A stretch of DNA of 64,000 nucleotides, taken from contig CAVILR010000002.1 in the NCBI GenBank assembly GCA_963643725.1, positions 12,941-76,940 of the forward strand. The letters are read 5' to 3'. Positions 9,564-18,648 of the stretch are shown here, one piece after another (the first letter of the stretch is position 1; the number at the start of each line of letters is the position of its first letter). The stretch is from Lachnospiraceae bacterium. GTDB taxonomy: Bacteria > Bacillota_I > Bacilli_A > RFN20 > CAG-826. Under the pieces are notes generated by a model that saw nothing but the letters and a program-made list of their open reading frames with translations, was not told the DNA's origin and did no database searches. The position numbers were made by a program, and so were the translations under genes.

Positions 9564-11947
9564 CTTTGCTCCGCGTTAAATTTAATTTTCATCGCATTAA
9601 CAACTCCCTCAACTAGAGGAAGAATATCTTTATCAGTCAAGGTTCTTTCGCTAGAAATAAAGGTGACGCTAAAGGCCAATGAATAATAACCATCTTTGAT
9701 ATGTTCACCTTTATAAACATCGAAGATATCGACAGATTTAATATATTCGCGGTTAACCTTTTTAATCTCGCTAATAACATCTTTTGAGCTCACTCCATCT
9801 TTGAGCACAAACGCAAAATCGCGTTTAACGCTAGGGAAGCGAGAAATATCAATCATCTTCTTTGCCCCTGTTTTAATCGAGAATAAAACGCCTAAATCTA
9901 GTTCCATCACCACAACATTTAAATTAACTATGCCATATTTTTTTAAAGTAGTTGGATGAAGTTCGCCCATTGAAGCGAATAGCTTGCCATCAACTTTAAC
10001 ATCCGCGCTTTTGCCAGGATGAAGTTCTTCGTTTTTAGAACGTTCCATCACCACTCTTTTCGAATCGATATTAAAGAGATTAAGAATGCTCTCTAAAATG
10101 CCTTTGATGTGATAGAAATTATAATTCTCTCCGCTCAAAAGTTCTCGTCTTAAGTCATTCCCAGCTAAGACAACGCCAAGATGAATATGATGTTTATTTT
10201 CTTTAGAGAATATATCGCTAACCTCAAAGAAGGAGACATTACTAACTCCATGATTGAGGTTATAAAGCAAAGCATTCATAAGAGAAGGAAGGACATTTGT
10301 TCGAACATATTCGTGTTCATCTGTTAAAGGATTGATGATTTTATACGCTTCATCTTTGTTTAAAAAGGCAAAATCATGAATCTCGCTTTCTTTGACTAAG
10401 GAATAAGTTAATTGTTCATCAAGTCCTAGACCTCTAAGCAAATCGCGAACTTCTCTTTTCTTAAACACATTTTCATCAAGCCCCCCAACGCTTAATTGCA
10501 TCGATGGTAGTTCACTTTTAACATTATTAAAGCCTAGAATACGAATAACCTCTTCGCTTAAATCAGCTTCCCCATCGATATCAATTCGCCAATCTGGAAT
10601 TGTGCAAATGAGTTCACCATCGACCACCTCAACTTTAATAAATGCTCTTTCTAAGACATTAACTATCTCCGGCATTGAAAATTCACTACCTAAACGATCG
10701 TTAATATATTTAACAGTTGTCTTGACAACCTTTTTAACATATTTATCTTTTAGATATGTTTTGATTTCATCAAATTCTTTTGCATCGCATAGCTCTTTTA
10801 ATAAGTGGCTTGCCAAATTGAGGACATCCTCATATTGATGAGGATTAACCCCTTTGATAAATCGCGTCGAGGAATCACTAGAAAGATTAAGTCTAACCGA
10901 TGTTCTTCGAATAGAAGCGAAGTTAAATGTTGCCGCTTCAATCGCGACATTTTTTGTATTTTCATCCACTGCACAAGCAAGTGAACCCATAACACCGCCT
11001 AGACACATAACCTTATCATCCGAGCAAATGCAAATATCGCCCTTTTTAAGTTCATATGTCTTTTCATTTAACGCGGTAAATTCGCCTTCGATATCATCGC
11101 GAACAACTAGTTCATGCTTTGATAGTTTATCCAAGTCGTACATATGCAATGGTTGACCGGTTAAAAGCATCACATAATTGCCGATGTCGACGATGTTATT
11201 AATCGATCTAATTCCGGCAGAACGAAGTTCATCGCTGAGCCATTTTGGCGACTCTTTAACTTTAATATCTTTAATAACGCGAATAGAAAACTGAGGGCAA
11301 TTATCAGTTAATGAATTGACCTTGAAATCAGTTTTAATCGTACTTTCCTCTTTAAATGAAGGAATGTTTGCCTTTTCTTCTAAGAGAGTTTCGAGTTCTC
11401 TTGCGAGGTTATAAATGCTATAAATATCGCTTCGATTCGCTAAAATCTTTAAATCGAGAAGCGTATCATCAAGTCCTAAATGTTTTAGCACTTCATCATC
11501 GCCCACCTCAAAGCTATCAGGAAGTTCCTCGATGCCTTCCTTTTGCTTATCAGAAAGTAGATGAGGGCTCACGCCAAGCTCTAAAAGTGAACAGAGCATC
11601 CCTTCAGAATCGTGCCCTCTAATTTTGCCTTTATGGATGATGCCTAGAGGCAATTTTGCTCCATCTAAAGCGACGATAACCTTTAAGCCTTTTCTAACAT
11701 TAGGTGCTCCGCAGACGATGTGAAGTACACCGTGTTTACCAGCATCAACTGTCGTCAAATGAAGATGATCACTTCCCTCCATCTTCTCACAAGTTAGAAC
11801 TTGACCGACGGTCAAATTAGTCGCGCTTGATAAGGGCGTAACATCTTCCACTTCAATCCCAGCGAAGGTAAGCTTATTAGCAATCTCTTCAGGAGTAAAT
11901 GCATCCAAATTAATATATTTTTTCAATGAATTTAAAGACACTTTCAT
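9560..11947 (-). CDS. pheT: Phenylalanyl-tRNA synthetase beta subunit
   Basis: 795 aa with tRNA-binding, B3/B4, B5 and FDX-ACB domain order; follows pheS. Confidence 0.95.
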   Translation of the reverse strand: MKVSLNSLKKYINLDAFTPEEIANKLTFAGIEVEDVTPLSSATNLTVGQVLTCEKMEGSDHLHLTTVDAGKHGVLHIVCGAPNVRKGLKVIVALDGAKLPLGIIHKGKIRGHDSEGMLCSLLELGVSPHLLSDKQKEGIEELPDSFEVGDDEVLKHLGLDDTLLDLKILANRSDIYSIYNLARELETLLEEKANIPSFKEESTIKTDFKVNSLTDNCPQFSIRVIKDIKVKESPKWLSDELRSAGIRSINNIVDIGNYVMLLTGQPLHMYDLDKLSKHELVVRDDIEGEFTALNEKTYELKKGDICICSDDKVMCLGGVMGSLACAVDENTKNVAIEAATFNFASIRRTSVRLNLSSDSSTRFIKGVNPHQYEDVLNLASHLLKELCDAKEFDEIKTYLKDKYVKKVVKTTVKYINDRLGSEFSMPEIVNVLERAFIKVEVVDGELICTIPDWRIDIDGEADLSEEVIRILGFNNVKSELPSMQLSVGGLDENVFKKREVRDLLRGLGLDEQLTYSLVKESEIHDFAFLNKDEAYKIINPLTDEHEYVRTNVLPSLMNALLYNLNHGVSNVSFFEVSDIFSKENKHHIHLGVVLAGNDLRRELLSGENYNFYHIKGILESILNLFNIDSKRVVMERSKNEELHPGKSADVKVDGKLFASMGELHPTTLKKYGIVNLNVVVMELDLGVLFSIKTGAKKMIDISRFPSVKRDFAFVLKDGVSSKDVISEIKKVNREYIKSVDIFDVYKGEHIKDGYYSLAFSVTFISSERTLTDKDILPLVEGVVNAMKIKFNAEQR

Positions 11948-11959
11948 CGTTTTAACCTC

Positions 11960-13000
11960 CTATTTACGTTTGAATTGTTCGATAAATCGAACATCTCCTT
12001 GATAAAATTTGCGAATATCATCGATACCATAACGAAGCATCGCCACGCGTTCGATGCCAATTCCAAAGGCGAAACCGCTATAAACGCTCGGGTCGTAGCC
12101 GCTCATCTTAAGAACATTTGGATGGACCATGCCCGAACCTAAAATCTCGATAAAGCCGGTGCCCTTACAAATTGAACAACCCTTGCCATGGCATTCCATG
12201 CATGAAATATCAACTTCAAATGATGGTTCAGTGAAAGGAAAATACGAATTTCTAAAGCGCACTTCCCTCTTCTCACCAAACATCTTTTTCACAAAGAGTT
12301 CTAGAGTCGCTTTTAAATTAGCTAATGAAATATTTTTGCCGATAACTAGTCCTTCGATTTGACCAAATTGATGCGAATGCGTAGCATCATCATCATCTCT
12401 TCGATAGCATTTACCTGGGCAAATAATCTTTAGAGGTTGACCATTCGCCTCATCCATCGCATGCGCTTGACCAGGCGAGGTATGTGTTCTAAGCAAAAGA
12501 TTATCGCTAATGTAAAAAGAATCGTGCATCTCTCTAGCGGGGTGATTGCTAGGAATGTTCATTCTTTCAAAGTTATAATAATCGCTTTCAACATCTGGCC
12601 CCTCTTTAACCTCATAGCCCATCGATACGAATATATCGCACATTTCATCGATAATTTCGTAGAAAGGATTAATCCCACCTAAGCGATAATTAATCGAAGG
12701 TAAAGTAATATCGATTTTTTCTTTTTCTAGCCGCTCCTTAATAATAGCTTCATGAATTTCTTTTTCTTTTGCTTCAAAACGCGTCAATAAATCTTTTTTA
12801 ATATTATTTATCGCTTGTCCAAAGGTAGCTCTATCTTCTCCTTGAAGTTCCTTAATAAAAGACATCATCGCATTTAAAGGTGACTTCTTAGACAGTTCTT
12901 TTTCTTGAATTTGCTTTAATGCTGCTTCATCCTTCGCCTCATTAATCTGCTTGAGGATACTCTCTTTTAATTCCTTAGCTTTTTCAATGGCTTTAATCAT
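11960..13000 (-). CDS. pheS: Phenylalanyl-tRNA synthetase alpha subunit
   Basis: 346 aa with class II aaRS motifs (FRNSYFPFTEPS; GFAFGIGIERVAMLRYGIDDIR). Confidence 0.95.
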   Translation of the reverse strand: MIKAIEKAKELKESILKQINEAKDEAALKQIQEKELSKKSPLNAMMSFIKELQGEDRATFGQAINNIKKDLLTRFEAKEKEIHEAIIKERLEKEKIDITLPSINYRLGGINPFYEIIDEMCDIFVSMGYEVKEGPDVESDYYNFERMNIPSNHPAREMHDSFYISDNLLLRTHTSPGQAHAMDEANGQPLKIICPGKCYRRDDDDATHSHQFGQIEGLVIGKNISLANLKATLELFVKKMFGEKREVRFRNSYFPFTEPSFEVDISCMECHGKGCSICKGTGFIEILGSGMVHPNVLKMSGYDPSVYSGFAFGIGIERVAMLRYGIDDIRKFYQGDVRFIEQFKRK

Positions 13001-13002
13001 AA

Positions 13003-13227
13003 TTTTCGCCTCCTAAAATAAATAAAATGACACTCAGGAACGAATTTCTCCGTGGTGCCATCCTTCTTCCATTCATATTTGAATTTAGCTCTACATCTTA
13101 ACGCGATGAACGCTTCTATAACAAGAAGATGCTCCAAGGTGAATTCACTTGTTCTTCTAACGCGTGGGTTCCACTATTCCACATTCCCTATTTAGAAGAA
13201 TGATAAGTTACTACTTCTTTTCTTCGC
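13003..13227 (-). promoter_or_regulatory. Probable T-box leader for pheST with a TG-extended -10 promoter
   Basis: The minus strand reads gTGcTATAAT (plus 13234-13243), then a leader of about 225 nt containing AAGGATGGCACCACGG (3 mismatches to the T-box core GGGTGGTACCGCGG) about 55 nt before the ATG. A candidate terminator UGGCACCACGG...CCUGAGUGUCA plus UUUUAUUUAUUUU follows, then SD AGGAGG. Confidence 0.55.
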
Positions 13228-13377
13228 GTATGTATTATAGCACACACCCACGGGAGTGAAAGATGAGAAAAACAAATAAAATTGCAAGAGATGAGATTAA
13301 TTCAACACACGTAAATCGATAAAGTAAAACAAGAACTAATATCGCATTTTCTTCTTTTTATTTTCTAATAGTCTATA

Positions 13378-13887
13378 ATGAGGCTCATGAGAAACAAGAT
13401 TGTCTTAAAGATGACGATGAGTGCGATGTTTATCGCAATCGCCTATCTATTGACTGCCTTCGCTGCAATTCCTTTTCCATTAGGAAATGGATATATCAAT
13501 TTTGGCGATGCTGTCATTATGTTTTCTTCAATTGTTTTAGGTCCCATCTATGGCGCACTTGTCGGTGTCGTTGCCGGTTCGCTTGCCGATTTAACGGTTG
13601 GAGGCTTTCTATTTATCCCCTTCACCATCCTCGCGAAAGCGGGCGAAGCACTTCTTTCAGGCTATCTACACAAAATATTCCCATCATTTTTAAAATGGCT
13701 CGCTTACATTATTGGAGCCATATGGATGGTCATCATATATTTCTTCTGCTATTTAATTTTATATGGAAATGCCGCATTAGTTGGATCATTATTCGATTTA
13801 ATCCAAGCCACTGTCGGGGTAATAATGGCCATCGTTTTAGAGAATATTTATTTAAGAATATATAAACCTAACGTAAGCAATACATAA
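13378..13887 (+). CDS. ECF-transporter S component (substrate-binding membrane subunit), substrate unknown
   Basis: About 165 aa with 5-6 TM helices and a Gly/Ala-rich core (GDAVIMF...LGPIYGALVGVVAGSLADL) typical of group II ECF S components. No ecfA/ecfT genes are adjacent, and the start codon is ambiguous (13378, 13387 or 13411). Confidence 0.5.
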   Translation: MRLMRNKIVLKMTMSAMFIAIAYLLTAFAAIPFPLGNGYINFGDAVIMFSSIVLGPIYGALVGVVAGSLADLTVGGFLFIPFTILAKAGEALLSGYLHKIFPSFLKWLAYIIGAIWMVIIYFFCYLILYGNAALVGSLFDLIQATVGVIMAIVLENIYLRIYKPNVSNT

Positions 13888-14602
13888 ATATTGCTCCAGC
13901 GATCGCAACATTCAATGATTCAATATTTTTGATATCAATCGATATTTTATAATTAGCTTTATCCTTAATATTTTCTCTTATTCCATGCGCCTCATTGCCT
14001 AAAATTAAAAGATATTTGCCAATGCCTTTAACTTCATCGATATGGTTTTTCGAATCAACAACTGTAGCGATGCTAGGATAACGACTCATTAATTCATCTA
14101 ACAATGTATCATTCTCGTCATCAACAATTACATTTAATGAAAATATCGCTCCTTGACTAGCTTGAATCACCTTTTCGTTATAAATCGATACGCATTTTTT
14201 CGATAAAACGACATCATTATAGCCAAAGGCTAACGCGCTCCTTAGTAGCGTCCCCATATTCCCAGGATCAGAGACACCATCAAGATATAAGACAAAATCG
14301 TTTTCGATATGAGTATTAGGTTCATTCATTGAGCAAACAAACACCACTCCTTGACTATTCTTATATTTTGAGATTTTTTCTAATATTTCTGGCGTAACTA
14401 TATATTGATCAATATCTTTAGAAACATTGTCTATTTCTTTTAACGTATATATTTCTTTAACTCGATTTTTCTCTAAAGCCATTTCAAGAAGATGAAAGCC
14501 TTCCGCAAGGAAACACTTCTTCTTGTTACGAAAAGAAGCATTATCGTATTTTGCTAATTCTTTAATTTTATTATTTTGTTTTGATGTTATCTTATAAATC
14601 AC
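13868..14602 (-). CDS. SpoU/TrmH-family RNA 2'-O-methyltransferase (YsgA-like)
   Basis: 244 aa with SPOUT motifs (LILGNEAHGI; NVAIAGAIFMY); adjacent to pheS, as ysgA is in B. subtilis. Confidence 0.8.
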   Translation of the reverse strand: MIYKITSKQNNKIKELAKYDNASFRNKKKCFLAEGFHLLEMALEKNRVKEIYTLKEIDNVSKDIDQYIVTPEILEKISKYKNSQGVVFVCSMNEPNTHIENDFVLYLDGVSDPGNMGTLLRSALAFGYNDVVLSKKCVSIYNEKVIQASQGAIFSLNVIVDDENDTLLDELMSRYPSIATVVDSKNHIDEVKGIGKYLLILGNEAHGIRENIKDKANYKISIDIKNIESLNVAIAGAIFMYCLR

Positions 14603-15198
14603 TGATAAACGCCTCTTCTAAGTTTATTTTTAAGCTCCCAATAATTTGGACAATATTTATAAACAATATTATAAAACTTCTTACTATGATCTCGTTGAAA
14701 TTCATGCGCCAATTCATGGACGACCACCGAAGTGATGATGTCAGGAGAATAATGCACTAAATCGAATTGAAATGATAAGCTATGCGTCTTTAAGGAATTA
14801 GAGCCATATCGCGTCGACATGTTTTTCACTCTTATCTTATAAGGCTTAGATATATTCATCTCTTTTTCTAATTTACGGGTTATCTCCGTGAGCATTTCAA
14901 GTAACTTCTTCTTCAATATTTCATCGCTGAAGACTAGATCAAATCTTATTCCAAATAGATATGTATAATTATCTCCTCGAGGAATAATTCTTTTTCCCTT
15001 CTTCTCCATTCTTTTAATTAGAATAGGCAAGCTTCTAGCAACAAAATCCTTTGCTTTCGCTTCGCTAAGCAAATAAGGAACAGTACAAACATAACCTGTT
15101 TTAGCCGTTCTTAAATAAGCATTCCTTTGCCTTTTAAAGGTAATAGGAACAACATATACTTTCCCATTAACTTCTAATTCATAAATAATTTGTCTCAT
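14599..15198 (-). CDS. DUF45/YgjP-like putative metal-dependent hydrolase (M48-like HEXXH)
   Basis: 199 aa with HELAH...YW in a WLM/SprT-like arrangement characteristic of the YgjP/DUF45 family. Confidence 0.65.
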   Translation of the reverse strand: MRQIIYELEVNGKVYVVPITFKRQRNAYLRTAKTGYVCTVPYLLSEAKAKDFVARSLPILIKRMEKKGKRIIPRGDNYTYLFGIRFDLVFSDEILKKKLLEMLTEITRKLEKEMNISKPYKIRVKNMSTRYGSNSLKTHSLSFQFDLVHYSPDIITSVVVHELAHEFQRDHSKKFYNIVYKYCPNYWELKNKLRRGVYQ

Positions 15199-15344
15199 AT
15201 ATTAAAAGCGATAAGAATAAATAAAACTGTTCCGAGTATCAAAAATGAAGAAAACATAATAATAAATAAATAGATATAAAATCTTGATGATTTACTTCTT
15301 TGATAATCTTTAGTTATGTTTTCAATCTTTTGTTCAACATCCAT
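15195..15344 (-). CDS. 49-aa membrane microprotein overlapping the DUF45 start (not in the ORF track)
   Basis: I translated it by hand: MDVEQKIENITKDYQRSKSSRFYIYLFIIMFSSFLILGTVLFILIAFNI*. Its TGA overlaps the DUF45 ATG in an ATGA; it has a C-terminal TM helix. Support comes only from the ORF and the coupling geometry. Confidence 0.25.
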   Translation of the reverse strand: MDVEQKIENITKDYQRSKSSRFYIYLFIIMFSSFLILGTVLFILIAFNI

Positions 15345-15398
15345 AAAAACAATAATACATTAACTAGCCCCTAATTGCTTAAACAAATTGAATGAAAT

Positions 15399-15424
15399 TA
15401 AACAAAAGGGCTCTTAGAGCCCTT
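15399..15424 (-). terminator. Intrinsic terminator after the TasA-like/beta-helix gene
   Basis: Hairpin AAGGGCTC-TTA-GAGCCCTT (15406-15424) followed on the minus strand by TTTTGTT. Confidence 0.7.
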
Positions 15425-15446
15425 GCATAGTTCCATAAATCTATTA

Positions 15447-16979
15447 TTAAGAATTAGTTTTATATTCTCTATAAATTTTATAGCCGTATTCAATCTCTTC
15501 TAGATGATAGATCTTACTATTTTCAGTTGTAACGCTATCGTTAGGAGCAATCTCGTTATGGAACGCTGATTCATCTTTAACGTAATTATTGATAAGCACA
15601 TCATTAAATGTAGCACCATAGATATTGACAAGTGAATTTGTAATTTGATTAGCGCCTAAGTTAGAAACAAGTCTACTTGTTCCATTACCATCAACTTTAA
15701 ATGCGCCACCATAGATGTTAACTGTAGTTTCAAATGCTTTGATATCAAACACATTAACATTATTGCTCGATGAACGCGCATCTAATGTTCCGCTATAGAT
15801 GTTTATATTCGATGGATTCGAGTTATTAGATACATTAATTAAGCTAGTCCTCAATGATTTGCTATTCTTTAATGTTGAATTTTTAATATTCAAATTAGCT
15901 TTTCCATAAGGAATATCGATACCGCCATCGATTACTGAATTAAATATATTGATTTCATCGACAAAGGCGTTATTGGTGGAAATTACTGCATAACTAGTAG
16001 AAACGCTGTCGGCAAATGCTAATGTAACGCCATCAAGAGTAAGATTAGTTCCGCCTTCGTCCCAACCAAATATGTTGTAATTCCAAGTACAATTTGAGAT
16101 TAATGTGCCATTTCTAAAAGTAAGATTTTTTGTCGTGCCAGAATCAAATTCAAAGCATTGAGGAATTGTTAATGTATTTCCAGCTAAGTCAACAACAACA
16201 TCATTACCTAATGGCCATATGTCGTCATTGTCGACTATCGTTAAATCATCTAACAAAATAATGTATTTATCACCACTTGCACGAATCGCCGTATTAAATT
16301 CAGCTTCTGTACTAACCTCATAAAATGCAGTAGTTGAAGCATTAGCTTGAATTGCTTCAACGCTAAAGCCGATAGAGCAAGTTCTATTTTGGAAAATATT
16401 ACCAGCAGCAATCGGAAGTTCTAATGAATATTCATCGCTAACTGTAACCGTGCCATTAGCCTCATCGGTTGTCGGTTCTAAATCTTTCCAATTTGTTTCA
16501 AAGGAACAAATCTCATAACCTGATGTATCGCTAGTGTCCTTAAGTGAAAGCATATTAAACAATGTTTCATCACCATCTAATAATGAAAGCTTTGTTTTGT
16601 ATTTAGTCTTAACATTACTATAATTCGTAACATTGATCTTAAATGTCACCTTATCACCTGGTGTCACCTTATCCAATGTTAATGAATTATCTACAAAAGT
16701 AGCTGTTCCTCCATTAGCAAATACATCTCCACTCGCGGCGTTAGCATCATCGATCACGCTAAGACCGTCCGCGGCTATTGAGGTAGGTGAATAAACCTTC
16801 ACTTTTTCAAGTGTCGCTTTGACATTGACCTTACCGCTTGTAACGGCAATATTAGTTTCGCTCGCACTAGTGAATAATGCATAAGTTGCACCGGCGATGA
16901 GTGAACCCGCCACAGCAATCGAAGCAAGTGAGGCTATGATAACACTGCTTTTTTGTTTTTTGTTCATACGATTTACCAT
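15447..16979 (-). CDS. Secreted protein with a TasA/camelysin-type (SipW-cognate) signal peptide and N-terminal TasA-like domain, fused to a C-terminal right-handed beta-helix (pectate-lyase-like) domain
   Basis: N-terminus MNKKQKSSVIIASLASIAVAGSLIAGATYALFTSASE...VTSGKVNVKA matches the KK...GGTxAxFTD/S then SG.V..A pattern of the TasA/camelysin family. TasA-like strands follow (LDKVTPGDKVTFKINVTNYS), then about 300 aa of N/T/G-rich NxT-type repeats (NGTLISNCTWNYNIFG; NLTLDGVTL; NLNIKNSTLKNS) typical of a parallel beta-helix. Confidence 0.6.
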   Translation of the reverse strand: MVNRMNKKQKSSVIIASLASIAVAGSLIAGATYALFTSASETNIAVTSGKVNVKATLEKVKVYSPTSIAADGLSVIDDANAASGDVFANGGTATFVDNSLTLDKVTPGDKVTFKINVTNYSNVKTKYKTKLSLLDGDETLFNMLSLKDTSDTSGYEICSFETNWKDLEPTTDEANGTVTVSDEYSLELPIAAGNIFQNRTCSIGFSVEAIQANASTTAFYEVSTEAEFNTAIRASGDKYIILLDDLTIVDNDDIWPLGNDVVVDLAGNTLTIPQCFEFDSGTTKNLTFRNGTLISNCTWNYNIFGWDEGGTNLTLDGVTLAFADSVSTSYAVISTNNAFVDEINIFNSVIDGGIDIPYGKANLNIKNSTLKNSKSLRTSLINVSNNSNPSNINIYSGTLDARSSSNNVNVFDIKAFETTVNIYGGAFKVDGNGTSRLVSNLGANQITNSLVNIYGATFNDVLINNYVKDESAFHNEIAPNDSVTTENSKIYHLEEIEYGYKIYREYKTNS

Positions 16980-17258
16980 CCTTTTAATAAACTAGAAAAT
17001 AAAAAAATAACATAGAGAGTTATCTATTAATCAATTATTAATAAAATTAAAACTCAATTGTGTCCGTCCTTTTTTCCATATTAATTTTAAAAATTAAAAA
17101 AAACAAGGTCACTTAAAAATATATCGATAAATAGTAATCTATTTAATAGATTTTTATAACTTTGATATTTCGTTTATAACTCCATTAACAAATTACAATT
17201 GCCTTGAGTTCAAACACTTTCTTCTTTTTTTAATTAAAGAAAAAAGTAAAATATTGAT

Positions 17259-17687
17259 ATGAAAATTCTCATCTCCGCCTGCTTAGTTAGCGATAAAGTT
17301 AATTATAAAGGTCAAGGAAATTACACTCCTTTAGTCGAAAAGCTCAAAGAAAAATATGATCTTTTGCTATTTTGCCCGGAGATGGAAGGCGGGCTATCTT
17401 CTCCGCGCGTGCCAAGTGAAATTAAGGGTTCACAAGTCATCAACAAAGAAGGTAAAAATGTTACTCGACAATTCGAATTAGGCGCAAGAAAAGCTTTGAA
17501 TCTATGTAAATATTTTGGCATCCACAAAGCGGTCCTTAAAGAGGGTTCACCTAGCTGCGGAACGCACAATATTCACGATGGTAACTTTAAGGGAAATAAA
17601 ATAAACGGTATGGGTGTCACCGCACGTCTATTAAAAGAAAACGGTATCGAAGTCTATTCCGAAGAAGAAATTGAAAAACTCTTATGA
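17259..17687 (+). CDS. DUF523-family protein (TudS-like [4Fe-4S] thiouracil desulfidase family)
   Basis: 142 aa with three conserved Cys in SACL, CPE and SPSCG contexts, the hallmark of DUF523. Confidence 0.6.
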   Translation: MKILISACLVSDKVNYKGQGNYTPLVEKLKEKYDLLLFCPEMEGGLSSPRVPSEIKGSQVINKEGKNVTRQFELGARKALNLCKYFGIHKAVLKEGSPSCGTHNIHDGNFKGNKINGMGVTARLLKENGIEVYSEEEIEKLL

Positions 17688-18070
17688 ATATAAGCAAGGA
17701 AAAATCGATTAAAATAGGCAATATCCTTTTATTCATAAGCATTATTACATTATTGATTGCTCTATCGAGCTTCTTTTTCCCATTTAAAGAAAACATAAAT
17801 GGACTTGAATTGGCTTTTGGTGAAAATATCACTCCATTAGCCACAATTCCGTTTGTCATCTATGGAATAGCGATTATCTTAGGTGCGTTAATATTCTCTA
17901 TTTCCTATTTCCCTTGGGGAAAAATCTTGCTTTTATCATTTGGAATACTTTCCTTTTTAGCAAGTATTCTTCTTTTATTCATTAATCCAATAGCTTATGG
18001 CTTAATAATCGCGTTTATAATGGGAATAATATCCTCAATTCTATTAATAATATCCTCATTAATGAAATAA
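17684..18070 (+). CDS. Small hydrophobic membrane protein with 4 predicted TM helices, unknown function
   Basis: 128 aa, strongly hydrophobic; its start overlaps the DUF523 stop in an ATGA. Confidence 0.4.
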   Translation: MNISKEKSIKIGNILLFISIITLLIALSSFFFPFKENINGLELAFGENITPLATIPFVIYGIAIILGALIFSISYFPWGKILLLSFGILSFLASILLLFINPIAYGLIIAFIMGIISSILLIISSLMK

Positions 18071-18156
18071 AAATTACGATTCTGTTCCCGCTTTTTCATA
18101 ACGCCAACTAGCAAACTAAATGCAGTTTAAAATACAAAGTAGGAAAGAGAGATAAA

Positions 18157-18648
18157 TCAATAATTATTATTCTGCCTTTGATAATTGATTTCTAATTTAT
18201 TTTTATATGCTTTAATAATATCTTCTGAGGTAAAACCTAAAGACGCGCCGAGAGTTAAAAAGGTATTAAAACATTCGATATATTGCTCTATTTCATAATG
18301 TTCATGCAAAGAAGAAACTAATGAATATAGATTTAAAAATTGCTTTGATAAATCGACGTAACTTTTACTAAATTCATAAACATATTTATCTGTCTTTAAA
18401 GGTATTCCTAGCGAAAGGAGGAAATGCAGTCCATCGACATATTCATCGATAATTGTTTCCTTATCGCTCGCGCTTTTATTCGACCAATATTTAAAACATC
18501 TAGTTTCGTTAGCTAATTCGCCTAATTCAACAAGCAAAGCGAGTAATCTTCTATGAAAAGTCGATTCGTAAGAAACATTATGTTTGGATGCAATTTCTTC
18601 ATCTAAGCCTAATTGAAGAGAATAGAGCTCTTTAAGGTCAATTATCAT
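18157..18648 (-). CDS. Dimeric all-alpha dUTPase-family nucleotide pyrophosphatase (dUTPase_2/MazG-like)
   Basis: 163 aa with the motifs LLALLVELGELANETRCFKYW and IDEYVDGLHFLLSLGI characteristic of dimeric dUTPases; 1-nt overlap with the glgP stop. Confidence 0.6.
   Translation of the reverse strand: MIIDLKELYSLQLGLDEEIASKHNVSYESTFHRRLLALLVELGELANETRCFKYWSNKSASDKETIIDEYVDGLHFLLSLGIPLKTDKYVYEFSKSYVDLSKQFLNLYSLVSSLHEHYEIEQYIECFNTFLTLGASLGFTSEDIIKAYKNKLEINYQRQNNNY

Noticed and set aside
13228-13377. Possible riboswitch upstream of the ECF S-component gene
   Set aside because: The region is A-rich and unstructured, with no match to preQ1, THF, TPP or FMN core motifs that I can recognise by eye.
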